Part shown: positions 19,863 to 29,931 of the stretch, piece after piece | Layout: each line of letters begins with the position of its first letter | How positions within the stretch are numbered: position 1 is the stretch's first letter | Source of the DNA: an uncultured delta proteobacterium | Lineage (GTDB): Bacteria; Myxococcota_A; Polyangia; Palsa-1104 | Assembly (NCBI GenBank): GCA_963785725.1 | Contig: CAWAWS010000020.1 | Span: 128,001-192,000, forward strand | DNA length: 64,000 nucleotides | Reading direction: 5' to 3' | The notes under the pieces: model-generated | Told to the model about the DNA's origin: nothing | Seen by the model: only the letters and a program-made list of their open reading frames with translations | The model's database searches: none | Translations under genes and position numbers: made by a program

Positions 19863-22202
19863 CTATGACGGCGCGTCGAGCGCCTGGCGGACCCAGCGCG
19901 CCAGATCCTCCTGGTCGAACGGCTTCGGCAGCACGCGATTGCTGCCGCTCAGCTCGCGCGATTCGCCGGGATAGCCCGACATGTGAATGACCTTCAAGCT
20001 CGGCCGGCTCTCGAGCAGCTGCCGCGCCAGCTCGTGACCATCCAGGTGCGGCATGACGACGTCGCTCAAGAGCAGGTGGATCGGCCCTTCGTGCGCCGCG
20101 GCCACGCCCAGCGCCTCGACGCCGTCGCCCGCTTGCAGCACCTCGTAGCCGAGCTTGGTGAGCACGAAGGCCACGAAGTCGCGCACCGCCTCGTCGTCTT
20201 CGGCGAGCAGCACCGTCTCGTTGCCGACCGGCGACGTCGCGGCCGCGGCCGGCGCCGGCGGCGGCAGCGGCAGCTCGGCCTGACGCGGCAGGTAGACGCG
20301 AAAGTCGGCGCCGCGGCCGAGCTCGCTGTCGACGAGGATGTGACCGCCCGACTGCTTGACGATGCCGTAAGCCGTCGACAAGCCGAGCCCGGTGCCTTTG
20401 CCCTGCCCTTTGGTCGTGAAGAAGGGCTCGAAGACGCGGGCGCGCGTGGCCTGGTCCATGCCGATGCCGGTGTCGTTGACGCCGATGAGCACCCAGCTGC
20501 CGTTGGGGACTTCGTCGTGCGGCCGGCTGGCGTCGACCTCGACGTCGATCGTCCGCAACGTCAAGGCGCCGCCCGAGGGCATGGCGTCGCGCGCGTTGAC
20601 GGCCAAGTTCAAGATGACCTGCTCGAGCGCGCCGGCATCGGCTTTGACGCGACCGCGCGCGCGCAAATCGGTCCGCACCATGATGTCGGCGCCGATCATG
20701 CGCTGCAACATGTCGACGATGGCGCGCACCGCTTCGTTGGGATCGAGCACCACCGGCTGCGTCGGCTGCTTGCTCGTGAACGCCAGCAGCTGTCGCGTCA
20801 ACAGCGCCGCGCGCGCGATCGAGCGCTTGATCTGCTCGGCGTAGCGGCGCATCGCGTTCTCGGCGGGCGCGGGCGCGAAGTGCTCGAGCAAGAGCGAATT
20901 GGCGCCGCCGATGGCGGTCAAGATGTTGTTGAAGTCGTGCGCGACGCCGCCCGCGAGACGACCGATGGCCTCCATCTTTTGCGACTGACGCAGCTCGCGC
21001 TCCAGCTGGCGCGGCTCGGTGACGTCATGCGCCAGCAAGAGAATGCAGGCCTCGCCGCTGAGCTCGATCTTGTCGACCGACAAGAGCAGCTCGCGAATGA
21101 GCCCTGCTTTGGTGCGCAGCCGCGCCGGAAAGTCGCGCACGGAGCCCGCGGCGATGAGGCGGAACAGCTCGTCGCGCCGCTCGGGATCGGCCCACAGCTC
21201 GAGCTCGACGGCAGTGGCGCCGATCATCTCCGCGCGCGAGAAGCCGGTCATGTTGAGCCAGGCGTCGTTGACGTCGATGAAGCGGCGATCGGACAGGCGT
21301 GAAAAGAGCGCCCCCATCGGCAGCGCGCGAAACACGTCGGCGAAGCGCGCTTCGGACTTGCGCAGCTGCTCGCGCGCGCGGCGGCGTTCGCTCACGTCGA
21401 TGGCGATGCAGCCGAGCGCCGTCGGCTGCTCACCGCCGGCGCCGAAGATGGGGAAGCGGTTGACCAAGAACTCGCGCGGGCCGTGCACCGTCGCCAGCGT
21501 CTCGACGGCCTGCAGCGGCGCTTTGCCCTCGATGACCAAGCGATCGATGGTGGCGCTGGCCTGGCCGTAGGCGTCGCCGAAGAGCTCGCTCGTGCTCTTG
21601 CCGCTGGCGTAGTCGCTGTCGAAGCCGAAGGCGCGCGCGGCTTCGCGGTTGACGACGAGGTGGCGACCGTCGAGGTCTTTGACGAGCACGACGGCGGGCG
21701 CGTGCTCGAGCACCGCCTGCAGCCGGCCTTCGGTGTCGCGCACGCGATCGCGCTCGGCCTCGGCCTGCTCGAGCGCGGCGAACTCGGCGGTGACGTCGCG
21801 AAAGAGGAGCGCGATGTGCGCGACGTCGCCGGCGCCGTCGAGCAGCGGCAGCCACGTGCACACCACGGCGCAGCGCTTGGCGGGGGCGGCGATGTCGCGC
21901 AGCGGCTGCAGCCGCGTGTCGTACCAAGCGGGCGGCATGACGATGGTCTCGCCCGCGAACGCCCGCCGCGCCATCGCCACGCCGCCGTTGGCCAGGAGCA
22001 GCGGATCCTCGAAGAGGTTGTATTCGGGCGGCGGCGCGCTGCCGAAGATGTCGCGGAACGCCTGGTTCGTCAGCAGACAGTGGCCGTTGGGGCGATAGAT
22101 CTGGAGGCCGATGGGCGCGTTGGCGAATAGGCCCACCAACAGGGCCATCGGGTCGGCGACCTGTAATAACGCCTCGCGAACTCCATCCAGTCGGCCCGCC
22201 AT
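19863..22202 (-). CDS. Multi-PAS hybrid sensor histidine kinase / receiver
   Basis: Three PAS-like domains; GGVAHDFNN H-box; NLAVNARDAM, DTGIGM, FTTK..GTGLGL; receiver LAEDD...SDVVMP...KPF. Confidence 0.95.
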   Translation of the reverse strand: MAGRLDGVREALLQVADPMALLVGLFANAPIGLQIYRPNGHCLLTNQAFRDIFGSAPPPEYNLFEDPLLLANGGVAMARRAFAGETIVMPPAWYDTRLQPLRDIAAPAKRCAVVCTWLPLLDGAGDVAHIALLFRDVTAEFAALEQAEAERDRVRDTEGRLQAVLEHAPAVVLVKDLDGRHLVVNREAARAFGFDSDYASGKSTSELFGDAYGQASATIDRLVIEGKAPLQAVETLATVHGPREFLVNRFPIFGAGGEQPTALGCIAIDVSERRRAREQLRKSEARFADVFRALPMGALFSRLSDRRFIDVNDAWLNMTGFSRAEMIGATAVELELWADPERRDELFRLIAAGSVRDFPARLRTKAGLIRELLLSVDKIELSGEACILLLAHDVTEPRQLERELRQSQKMEAIGRLAGGVAHDFNNILTAIGGANSLLLEHFAPAPAENAMRRYAEQIKRSIARAALLTRQLLAFTSKQPTQPVVLDPNEAVRAIVDMLQRMIGADIMVRTDLRARGRVKADAGALEQVILNLAVNARDAMPSGGALTLRTIDVEVDASRPHDEVPNGSWVLIGVNDTGIGMDQATRARVFEPFFTTKGQGKGTGLGLSTAYGIVKQSGGHILVDSELGRGADFRVYLPRQAELPLPPPAPAAAATSPVGNETVLLAEDDEAVRDFVAFVLTKLGYEVLQAGDGVEALGVAAAHEGPIHLLLSDVVMPHLDGHELARQLLESRPSLKVIHMSGYPGESRELSGSNRVLPKPFDQEDLARWVRQALDAPS

Positions 22203-22269
22203 CCGTCCCCCAGAACGAAGCGCTTCTCGGCGTCATCATAGCCGAATCGCCGGCGGAGCATACCGAGCG

Positions 22270-23916
22270 CTACTTCGTCGGAGAATCGCCGATGTTGGCG
22301 AGCGCCGCGGCGCCGAGTCGCTGGCACAGCTGCGCCAAGTACAGGCTCCTCGGCGTGACCGGGATGGCGGGCGAGTCGAAGGTGCCGTCGCCCGCGGCTT
22401 TGCCGGCGGTGCCGATAGCCCAGTTCATCGCGCCCGGCGGCGCCTCGACGGTGATGTTGGCGGCGCCGCCGTTCCACAAGACGCCCCAGCCGATGGCCCA
22501 GCCTTGCCCGCTGCCGGCGGTGGCGCGATTGACGAGGTTGAGCTGATCGTCGTGGACGACGTTGTCGGCCAAGAAGCCGGTCGCCCAGCGCTCGTGCGGC
22601 TCGAGCCGCGTGTGCACGCCGGTCGCCGTCGAATCGAGGACGACGTTGGGCCCGGTGGCGCGCGAGACGGTCGAGAACGTATACAGATCGTCGCCGGCGA
22701 TGCGGCTGCGTTGCACGAAGATCTGGCTGCCCGAGTAGCTGATCTCGAGCGGATAGCCTTCGGTCACGTCGGGCGTCAGCGTGCGCGTGAGCGTGAAGTC
22801 TTCGATCGTGAAGCGCTTGACGGTCGCGCCCAAGTAGACGCTGTTCTCGGTCTCGACGGCGGCGACGTCGCGCATCCAGCCGTCCTGCACGGCGCTCGCC
22901 TGCAGCAGCGTGAACAGCGGCGACGTGATCGGCGGCGGCGTCACCGCCGGCGCCACGACGCGCAGGTGCTCGACCCCGACTTGGCTGATGCGCCCCGGGA
23001 ACGTGTAGCCGACGACGGTGGCGCCCGGCTGCACGTAGGTCGCGTCGTAGGAATCGGGCAGCGGCACGTCGAGCGTCACCAGATCGCCGGCGAGGGCGAC
23101 GATGCTGCGATCGGCGCCGATGAGCGTGCCCGCCGCCAGCCACGTCTGCGCCATGCCGTTGCGCACGAGCGTGTCCATGTCCATGAAGTGGATCCACGCC
23201 GCCGTCACCGGCCGCTGCACGAGGATCGTCTGCCCGACGACGAAGCCGCCGGCGTCGGCCACGTGAAAGCTCAGGGAGCCGGCGGGCAGATAGCTGTCGC
23301 TGATGGTCGTCTTGGTCTTACCGAGCGTCCACGAGCCGGCGCCGGCGAGGTTGACGAAGTTGTGCGCGCTGCCGGTCAGGTCGATCTCGGTGCCGCCGGT
23401 CGTCGTCGAGCCGGCGCCGCGCAAGACGACGCCGCTTGCGCCGATCGTCAGCTCGCCGGCGACTTGGAACTTGCCGGCCGCGAGCGCGACCGCGCCGCGC
23501 ACGCCGCCGACGAGCGGCAGCTTGGCGACGGCGTCGAGCGCGGCCTGGATGGCGGCCGTGTCGTCGCCGCCCGACGGCGCCAGCGTCTGCGCCACCGGCG
23601 CGAGCGGAATGGCCACGCCGCCGCCGCCATAACCGGCGTACGAGAAGTCCATGACGCGATCGCCTTTTTCGCTCAGCGTCTTGTAGGCGAGCCGGCCCTG
23701 GTCGTCGAAGTAGACCCATTGGCTGGCCGGTCCGCCGTCGTCGAGGAGCGTGCGGCAATCGACCGACGTGCTACGGCCGAGGTCATCGGCGCCGGCGGCG
23801 AGGTCGTTCGCGGTCGCAGGCAGCGCGCGCTCGACCTTGCTGCCGCAGCCGAGCAGCAAGAGGCCGAGCGCGCTCAGCCGGGCGCTACTGAATGCCGACC
23901 ATCCCCGTCTGCGCAT
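22270..23916 (-). CDS. Secreted lipoprotein with right-handed beta-helix (pectate lyase 3-like) glycan-active domain
   Basis: Lipobox LLLGC; DFSYAGYGGG, DDTAAIQAALD, SGVVLRGAG, HERWATGFLADN, PRSLYLAQL. Start uncertain; overlaps the upstream gene end. Confidence 0.75.
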   Translation of the reverse strand: MRRRGWSAFSSARLSALGLLLLGCGSKVERALPATANDLAAGADDLGRSTSVDCRTLLDDGGPASQWVYFDDQGRLAYKTLSEKGDRVMDFSYAGYGGGGVAIPLAPVAQTLAPSGGDDTAAIQAALDAVAKLPLVGGVRGAVALAAGKFQVAGELTIGASGVVLRGAGSTTTGGTEIDLTGSAHNFVNLAGAGSWTLGKTKTTISDSYLPAGSLSFHVADAGGFVVGQTILVQRPVTAAWIHFMDMDTLVRNGMAQTWLAAGTLIGADRSIVALAGDLVTLDVPLPDSYDATYVQPGATVVGYTFPGRISQVGVEHLRVVAPAVTPPPITSPLFTLLQASAVQDGWMRDVAAVETENSVYLGATVKRFTIEDFTLTRTLTPDVTEGYPLEISYSGSQIFVQRSRIAGDDLYTFSTVSRATGPNVVLDSTATGVHTRLEPHERWATGFLADNVVHDDQLNLVNRATAGSGQGWAIGWGVLWNGGAANITVEAPPGAMNWAIGTAGKAAGDGTFDSPAIPVTPRSLYLAQLCQRLGAAALANIGDSPTK

Positions 23917-25612
23917 GCGTCAGCGACTCCCACGCCATCATATGATCTTCCCACGTGGGGCGAATCTGCCCGATGAGCTTCTGCGTCTGCGGCAGCGACA
24001 GGCCGAGCCGGCCGTTGAGCGCGTTATAGCCGATCTCCCACATGGCATCGGCCGAGACCGCGTCGAGGGCGTGGCTGCCGCAGATCGTCGTCGTGTTCGC
24101 CGTCGAGCCGTTGATGTATTTGGCGTGGAACTCGTAGCCGGCGGCCATGCGCGTCTTCTCGAGGCTGTACAGGTCGACGCCCTGGATGCGCGCCGTCTCG
24201 GCGGCGTTGGTCATCGACGCGAAGCCGTACTGCACGTGGCCGAGGTCGCGGCACGTCTCCTGCGCCATGCCGTTCAAGTAGGCCGGCGCGTTGTACCAAA
24301 AGCCGTTGAGCGCCGACGCCGAGCTCTTGTCGCCGGTCTCGGGCGGCACCGGCGTCGCGCCGTCGGTGGTGAGGTAGATATAGGCGGGCGTGCGCTTCTT
24401 CCACATGGCGACGGCGTTGTTGAAGCCGGTGTGATCGTCGAGGTAGACGGCGATGCCGATGTTGGCCTCGATCATCGCCAGCTCCCAGTTGCCGTTGGAG
24501 TTGGAGCCGTTGATGGTCTCGGGCGAGTAGACGTTCTTGAGCATGGTGCCGAACTGCGCCGCGTCCGCCGCCGACCAGCCGCTGTACGTGTACTTGATGA
24601 TCTCGCCGGCGCGCGGCCACTGCGACGCCGCCCACGCCGACTGCAAGGGCGCATTGGACGCGCCGTGCTTCGTCAGCAGATACGACCAGGCGTTCATGAT
24701 CTTGATGGCGTTCTGCGCGTACGTCGTGTTGCCGGTGTAATACCAAAGCAGCGCCTGCGTATAGGCGGCCGCCGCGTCGTCCTTCTCCTGTTGGCAGCCG
24801 ACGTCCGGGTTCATCGAGGCCGAGCCGCACTCGACGTCGGCGAACGGCGACGGCGTGTAGCTCAGCGACGCCAGCGCGCTGCCCTTGGTCGAATTGAACG
24901 CCGTGTACCACGGGTCTTTCTTGGCCGCGATCTGCGCCTTGACGAAGTCGAGCTGCGCCTTGTCGACCATGACGCCGGGATGCTGGAACGCGCCCGGCGC
25001 GGTCGTTCCGCCGCCGCCGCCACCCGCTGACCCGCCGCCGCCACCCGCTGACCCGCCGCCGCCGGCAGTGCCGGAGGTCGAGCCGTTGATCTGCCACTGC
25101 TGCGCCGCCGTGCCGTTGCAGTCGTAGAGCTGCACGAGCGCGCTGTCGGCGCTGCTGCCGGCGGCGACGTCGACGCATTTGTTGCTGTGCGGGTTGCGGA
25201 TCTGCGAGTAGCCGTTGCCCTGATCCTCGACGACCCAGACCTGCGCCGCCGTGCCGTTGCAGTCGTAAATCTGGATGGTCGTGTTGTCGGCCGTTCCGTT
25301 CGACTTCACGTCGAGGCAGCGGTTGGAGTTGACGTTGAGGAGGTTTACCTGGCCCGCGGTCGTCGTCGGCTGCAGCGCCCAGTTCTGCGCCGCGGTGCCG
25401 TTGCACGTGTATTGGTCGGCGATGGTCCCGTCGGCGGTGGCGCCGGCTTTGACGCCGAGGCACTTGGCGCTGCCGTTGCGCACGATGGTGCCGCCGGCGC
25501 CGGCGCCGGTGGTCGAGCTGGTGCCGCCGGTGCCGTCGGTGACGACGCTGCCGCTGACGCAGCCGCCGAGCGCGGCCGCGAAGCACAAGACGAGCGAGCG
25601 AATCTGAACCAT
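23885..25612 (-). CDS. Lipoprotein: ricin-B lectin (CBM13) + alginate lyase family (alpha/alpha toroid) domain
   Basis: Lipobox LGGC; three CLDV...QxW ricin repeats; Gly linker; FQHPG, NGNWE, ETCRDLGHVQY. Confidence 0.87.
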   Translation of the reverse strand: MVQIRSLVLCFAAALGGCVSGSVVTDGTGGTSSTTGAGAGGTIVRNGSAKCLGVKAGATADGTIADQYTCNGTAAQNWALQPTTTAGQVNLLNVNSNRCLDVKSNGTADNTTIQIYDCNGTAAQVWVVEDQGNGYSQIRNPHSNKCVDVAAGSSADSALVQLYDCNGTAAQQWQINGSTSGTAGGGGSAGGGGGSAGGGGGGTTAPGAFQHPGVMVDKAQLDFVKAQIAAKKDPWYTAFNSTKGSALASLSYTPSPFADVECGSASMNPDVGCQQEKDDAAAAYTQALLWYYTGNTTYAQNAIKIMNAWSYLLTKHGASNAPLQSAWAASQWPRAGEIIKYTYSGWSAADAAQFGTMLKNVYSPETINGSNSNGNWELAMIEANIGIAVYLDDHTGFNNAVAMWKKRTPAYIYLTTDGATPVPPETGDKSSASALNGFWYNAPAYLNGMAQETCRDLGHVQYGFASMTNAAETARIQGVDLYSLEKTRMAAGYEFHAKYINGSTANTTTICGSHALDAVSADAMWEIGYNALNGRLGLSLPQTQKLIGQIRPTWEDHMMAWESLTHAQTGMVGIQ

Positions 25613-25854
25613 CCTGGGCTCCTGGGTGCCGCGTGTTCCGGCGACGAGCTGCCGGTCGTTCCGAACGCGTTGCACCGTTGGACTGCCAGAATGAGTCCAG
25701 CCGCCCCACCCCCTAAGTATTTGATCTTTGTCGGCTCATTGACTGTCTCTGCGATGAGACAACCCCTCGGCTGTCCACCACGCGTTGACGATTTCTAAGT
25801 CGGCGGAGCAGGTTTACACACATGCGACCGCGGGTCGCGGCTCGTGTCGCGCGT

Positions 25855-26700
25855 TTACTGCGCGGCGTTGCGCAGACGCAGCTCGCGCTGTGGGAACGGA
25901 ATCTCGACGTGGTGCGCGCGAAACGCGGCTTCGATGGCGAAGCGCACGTTGGAGGCGATGCGCAGATCCTGGCTCGGCTCGGCGATCCAGACGAGCAGCG
26001 TGAAGTCGAGGCTCGATGGGCCGAACGCCTCGAAGCGCACCTCCGGCGCCGGCTCGGCCAAGAGGCCCTGCTCGCGCGCCGCGACCTCGAGCAGCAGCCG
26101 CTTGACCAGCGCCAAGTCGCTGCCGTAGGCCACGCCGACCGCAATCGAGATGCGCCGCCGCGTCGTCGGGATCGAGTGGTTCACGACTTGACCGGTGATG
26201 AGCTCGCTATTGGGCACGATGATCGTCACCTCGTCGCGCGTCACGACCGTCGTCGCGCGCAAGCCGATGTCGACGACCGAGCCGTGCGCCTGGCCGATCT
26301 GCACGAAGTCGCCTTTGCCGACGGGCCGCTCGATGAGCAGGATGAGCCCGGAGATGAAGTTCTGCGCGATCGTCTGCAGACCGAAGCCGATACCGACGAG
26401 CAGCGCCGCCGAGGCCGCGAAGAGCGCGTCGAGCTTGAGGCCGATCGACGTGAACGCCACGAGAATGCCGAGCAGCACGATGAAGTAGCGCGCGATCTTG
26501 GCCATCGCGAAGCGCGCGCTGTCGTCGACGCCGCGATGGGCGAGCAGCCGATTGAGGCCGCGGCCGGCGACGGCGGCCACGAGGCGCGACAGGAAGATGA
26601 TGAAGATCGCCAGCGTGATCGAGCCCAGCGTCAACGGGCCGGCCGGCAAGTGCACGATGGGCGAGAAGAAGATCTGCTTGAGCCGGTCGAGGATGTACAT
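25855..26700 (-). CDS. Small-conductance mechanosensitive channel (MscS family)
   Basis: GIGFGLQTIAQNFISGLILLIERP..GD, IIVPNSELI, VGVAYGSD, EIPFPQRE. Confidence 0.94.
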   Translation of the reverse strand: MYILDRLKQIFFSPIVHLPAGPLTLGSITLAIFIIFLSRLVAAVAGRGLNRLLAHRGVDDSARFAMAKIARYFIVLLGILVAFTSIGLKLDALFAASAALLVGIGFGLQTIAQNFISGLILLIERPVGKGDFVQIGQAHGSVVDIGLRATTVVTRDEVTIIVPNSELITGQVVNHSIPTTRRRISIAVGVAYGSDLALVKRLLLEVAAREQGLLAEPAPEVRFEAFGPSSLDFTLLVWIAEPSQDLRIASNVRFAIEAAFRAHHVEIPFPQRELRLRNAAQ

Positions 26701-26754
26701 CAGGTCTCCGCGACGCGCATTGTACCGCGGCGCGGAGACCGAAACGCGCGCGGA

Positions 26755-27867
26755 TTACGCGGCGCGAGCGGGCGCGGTCGCGGGCACGGGCGTGTCGCTC
26801 GCGGCCGCCGGTCCGGTCGGCGACGCCTGCGCGGGCGTCGTCACGCCGTCGATCTCGGCGTAGCGCGCCGCCAGCCGCTTGCGCACGATGCTGGCGACGA
26901 GGTGCTGGAAGATGATGTAGATGGCCGCCGGCACCGTCACCAGCGGCTGACCGGGAAACGACGCCAGGCCGACGACGAGCGCCGTGCCGTTGGAGCGCAT
27001 GCCGCTCGAGAATTCCGCGGTCACCTGATGCGCGCGGCCGAGACCGGCCATGCGGCCGATGACCGAGCCGAGCGAGAAGTTGGTGAGGTTGACGGCGAGG
27101 ACGATCAACATCGCCCAGCCGATCTGGCCGAACGACAGATGGCGCAACAGCGGCGCCGCGGTGCCGACGTTCAGATAGACGGCCATGAAGAGGCCGAAGC
27201 TGCCCATGAAGGTGAAATAGGGCTGAATGCGCGCCAAACGCGTGCGCAACAGGCGATTGAGCGTCAAGCCGACGACGAGCGGAATGAGGACGCCGATCAT
27301 CAATTGATGCAGGATGAGCATCGGCGGAATCTTGATCGAGTTCGCCGTCAGTCCATTCATGTAATAGAGGTAGGCGGGCGCGGTCAGCGTGCCGATCGAC
27401 ATCGTCACCAGCACGAGGCTGACGAGCAGCTCGATATCGCCCTTGGTATCGCGCACCCAAATGCTCGCCGTCGCCGCGACCGGCATGAGGATGACGAGAT
27501 CGAGGCCGATCTGCAGCGGCTCACCGAGCTCGCGGCCGAGCAGCGGGATACACAGCTGGCCGAGCAGCCAGCAGCTCAGCGGCAGAATGACGAAGTACTG
27601 CGCCAAGCACACGAGCAGCGGCTTCGGGCGCGCGATGACGCCTTTGAAGGCGCTGAAGCCGCACTGAATGGCGGCCGACAGCATCATGAAAAAGAGCGAG
27701 AGGCCGGACGCATCGAGCTGTCCGTAGAGCACTTTGGGCATGCGAATGGCGTGCGACACGCCGGGCGTCAAGAAGCCGAGGAGCGCGATCGCCGAAATGA
27801 GATGAACGAAGTGCTTACGAACGAAGCCATTCACTTTCAACAAAGGCGAGGCAGCAACAGACGCCAT
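26755..27867 (-). CDS. Bile acid:sodium symporter family transporter
   Basis: AQYFVILP, LVILMPVAATASIW, EFSSGMRSNGTAL; about 10 TM segments; GGAGG RBS before ATG 27867. Confidence 0.85.
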   Translation of the reverse strand: MASVAASPLLKVNGFVRKHFVHLISAIALLGFLTPGVSHAIRMPKVLYGQLDASGLSLFFMMLSAAIQCGFSAFKGVIARPKPLLVCLAQYFVILPLSCWLLGQLCIPLLGRELGEPLQIGLDLVILMPVAATASIWVRDTKGDIELLVSLVLVTMSIGTLTAPAYLYYMNGLTANSIKIPPMLILHQLMIGVLIPLVVGLTLNRLLRTRLARIQPYFTFMGSFGLFMAVYLNVGTAAPLLRHLSFGQIGWAMLIVLAVNLTNFSLGSVIGRMAGLGRAHQVTAEFSSGMRSNGTALVVGLASFPGQPLVTVPAAIYIIFQHLVASIVRKRLAARYAEIDGVTTPAQASPTGPAAASDTPVPATAPARAA

Positions 27868-28365
27868 GAATCCCTCCATCTCGCCGCGTTTCGGACTGCA
27901 TCCGCGCGACGGACACGCTTCGGTTACGGTGCCGCGGCCGCCAATCAACCGCGAAACACACTGATTACGTTCTCGACTATAACGAACGAGTTATTCACTC
28001 GTCTGCATTCGCGCGTACAAGACGAAAAGCTGAAGTTAAACCGATACTAATCGTCATTTATTTGACGACCTCGGATATGCATTTACGGCAATATCCGACA
28101 AGCATCGTCCAGCTTCGTCAACACGCACATTTCCGTCGCTGCCATAATTCGTAATCGATATCGCGAAGCGCATTTACGATATTCATCGACGCCCGCCGAA
28201 TCGACATTTCAGATCGGTGTTGATCGTCGCATTTTGGAGCGGCGCGATATCCGCGCACGACGCGCCTGAATACGCGGAATACGTATTCTTACGGCGGGCT
28301 ACGAAGGGAGTTTTACGAGGATTGATTGCAGCGATAATTGCGAGCGAGCGAACGAAAACGGAAGG

Positions 28366-29865
28366 TCAGTTCACTTCGCAGTAGCCGTAGTTGCAGGCGG
28401 GATGGCTGGAGGGGCAGTCGGATGCCGACTTGCACGCCTGACAGGTGGTCTTGCCGGTCGACTTGAAGTCGAAGTAGCAGCCGCACTCGAAGTTCGTCTG
28501 CGGCATGAAGCTCGATTCTTCGCTGGTGCGCACGACCTTCATCGCGCACTGCGGGACTTCCGAGGCGGCGATGATGTTGTCGATGAGCGTCTGGTCGAGC
28601 GCGGCGACGGAGAAGCGCGTGACCATGGCTTTGGCCGCGTCCGACGGCACGCCGCCGGGGCCGACGGGCGTGAAGAAGTGGACGTAGCCCCACAGCGGAT
28701 AGTGGCCGTCGCGGACGTTCGCTTTATCGAACGTATTCTTGTTCGAGTCCGGTAAATAGCCGGCGGTTTGCGCGGTCGACTGCAAATAGAGGCTGCGCAG
28801 ATTGCCGCGATTGGTGTCGTAATCGCTAATCGAGAGGATGCCGATCGACTTCTCGGCCTCCGTCGACGCCAACATCGAATCGCGCAAATTGTCGGTCGAC
28901 AGGCGATCGATTCCCCAGAAGCCGGTCTTGGGAACGTTGACGAGCAAGCCGGTCAAAATGGTCGAGCCGGCGTTGCCGTTGCGAATGAAGTAGTAGGTCG
29001 GGTCGATCCAAGGCGAGGCGTCCTTGAGGCCGTTGACGCCCATTCCGCCGAGGCCGAAGACCATGTGCGCGGCTTCGGCGCTGATCGCCGTCTGCGTCGA
29101 TCCCGACGGCACCGACATGACGAAGGGAACGACCGGTCCCGTGTAGTCGCTGACATTGGTGCCCGAGACATATTGAACGGTGCTGGTGCTGCACGTGTTC
29201 GAATACAAGTCAGAGACACCGATATCGACGGTATTACCGGCGGTCGCGAGCAAGCAGTTGACCTGATTGCCGCCCGAATCGTAATAGAACGCGTAAGTCC
29301 CGCCGGGGGCCGGATTGACGATGGTCGACTTCGTGGGATCGAACACCGAGGCGACGCCGGCGCAGGACGTGGCATTCAAGTAGATGCCGACATAAGGGGT
29401 CGGCAATGCGGACATGAGCGGCTGCGCAGCCTTCAAGAGCGGCGCGAAGTCCGAGGTGCCGTACATATAAACGACATTCGGCCCGGCGTCGGCGCAGTTG
29501 ACGGTCGGGGTCGTCACCGGATTGACCAGCGGCGGAATCGTCGAGTTCGTCGGCGTCGTCGTCGCCGGCAACATGGCGTTGGCGCCGCACAGGCCGAGAC
29601 GCGCGCAGTTATCGAAGGTCTGATAAGCGGCGGTCGTGCAGGCGTTGAGATAGTCGTCTTGGCTCGCCGGCGTGCCCACGACGCAATTCTCGGGACCGAG
29701 GCCGGAGGCGACGCAGACGCCGTCCTGGCAATAAGGATGGCCGCCGAACTTCAGGCAGTCTTCGTCCACTTTGCATTGCTCGTCGCGATTGACGATCAAG
29801 CTGCAGCCGCCGACTAAACCGCCACTAAGCAGAGCGAACACCGCAAATAGGCTCGAGCTACGCAT
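28366..29865 (-). CDS. Cys-rich secreted lipoprotein with PstS/PBP-like substrate-binding core
   Basis: Lipobox VGGC; Cys-rich termini; SCAGV, DIGVSD, RNGNAGST, NVRDGHYPLWGYVHF resemble the PBP_like fold; GGAGG RBS. Confidence 0.65.
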   Translation of the reverse strand: MRSSSLFAVFALLSGGLVGGCSLIVNRDEQCKVDEDCLKFGGHPYCQDGVCVASGLGPENCVVGTPASQDDYLNACTTAAYQTFDNCARLGLCGANAMLPATTTPTNSTIPPLVNPVTTPTVNCADAGPNVVYMYGTSDFAPLLKAAQPLMSALPTPYVGIYLNATSCAGVASVFDPTKSTIVNPAPGGTYAFYYDSGGNQVNCLLATAGNTVDIGVSDLYSNTCSTSTVQYVSGTNVSDYTGPVVPFVMSVPSGSTQTAISAEAAHMVFGLGGMGVNGLKDASPWIDPTYYFIRNGNAGSTILTGLLVNVPKTGFWGIDRLSTDNLRDSMLASTEAEKSIGILSISDYDTNRGNLRSLYLQSTAQTAGYLPDSNKNTFDKANVRDGHYPLWGYVHFFTPVGPGGVPSDAAKAMVTRFSVAALDQTLIDNIIAASEVPQCAMKVVRTSEESSFMPQTNFECGCYFDFKSTGKTTCQACKSASDCPSSHPACNYGYCEVN

Positions 29866-29931
29866 GGTCGACCTCCGTCTCGATCTCGAAAAGCCCGGCG
29901 ACAGCCGTGGCCGCGCCCAGCGAAAGCGTTC

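Noticed and set aside
25011..25062. GC-rich 21-bp repeats here and Gly-codon runs at 33400-33550
   Set aside because: They encode ordinary Gly/Ser/Ala linkers inside CDSs.
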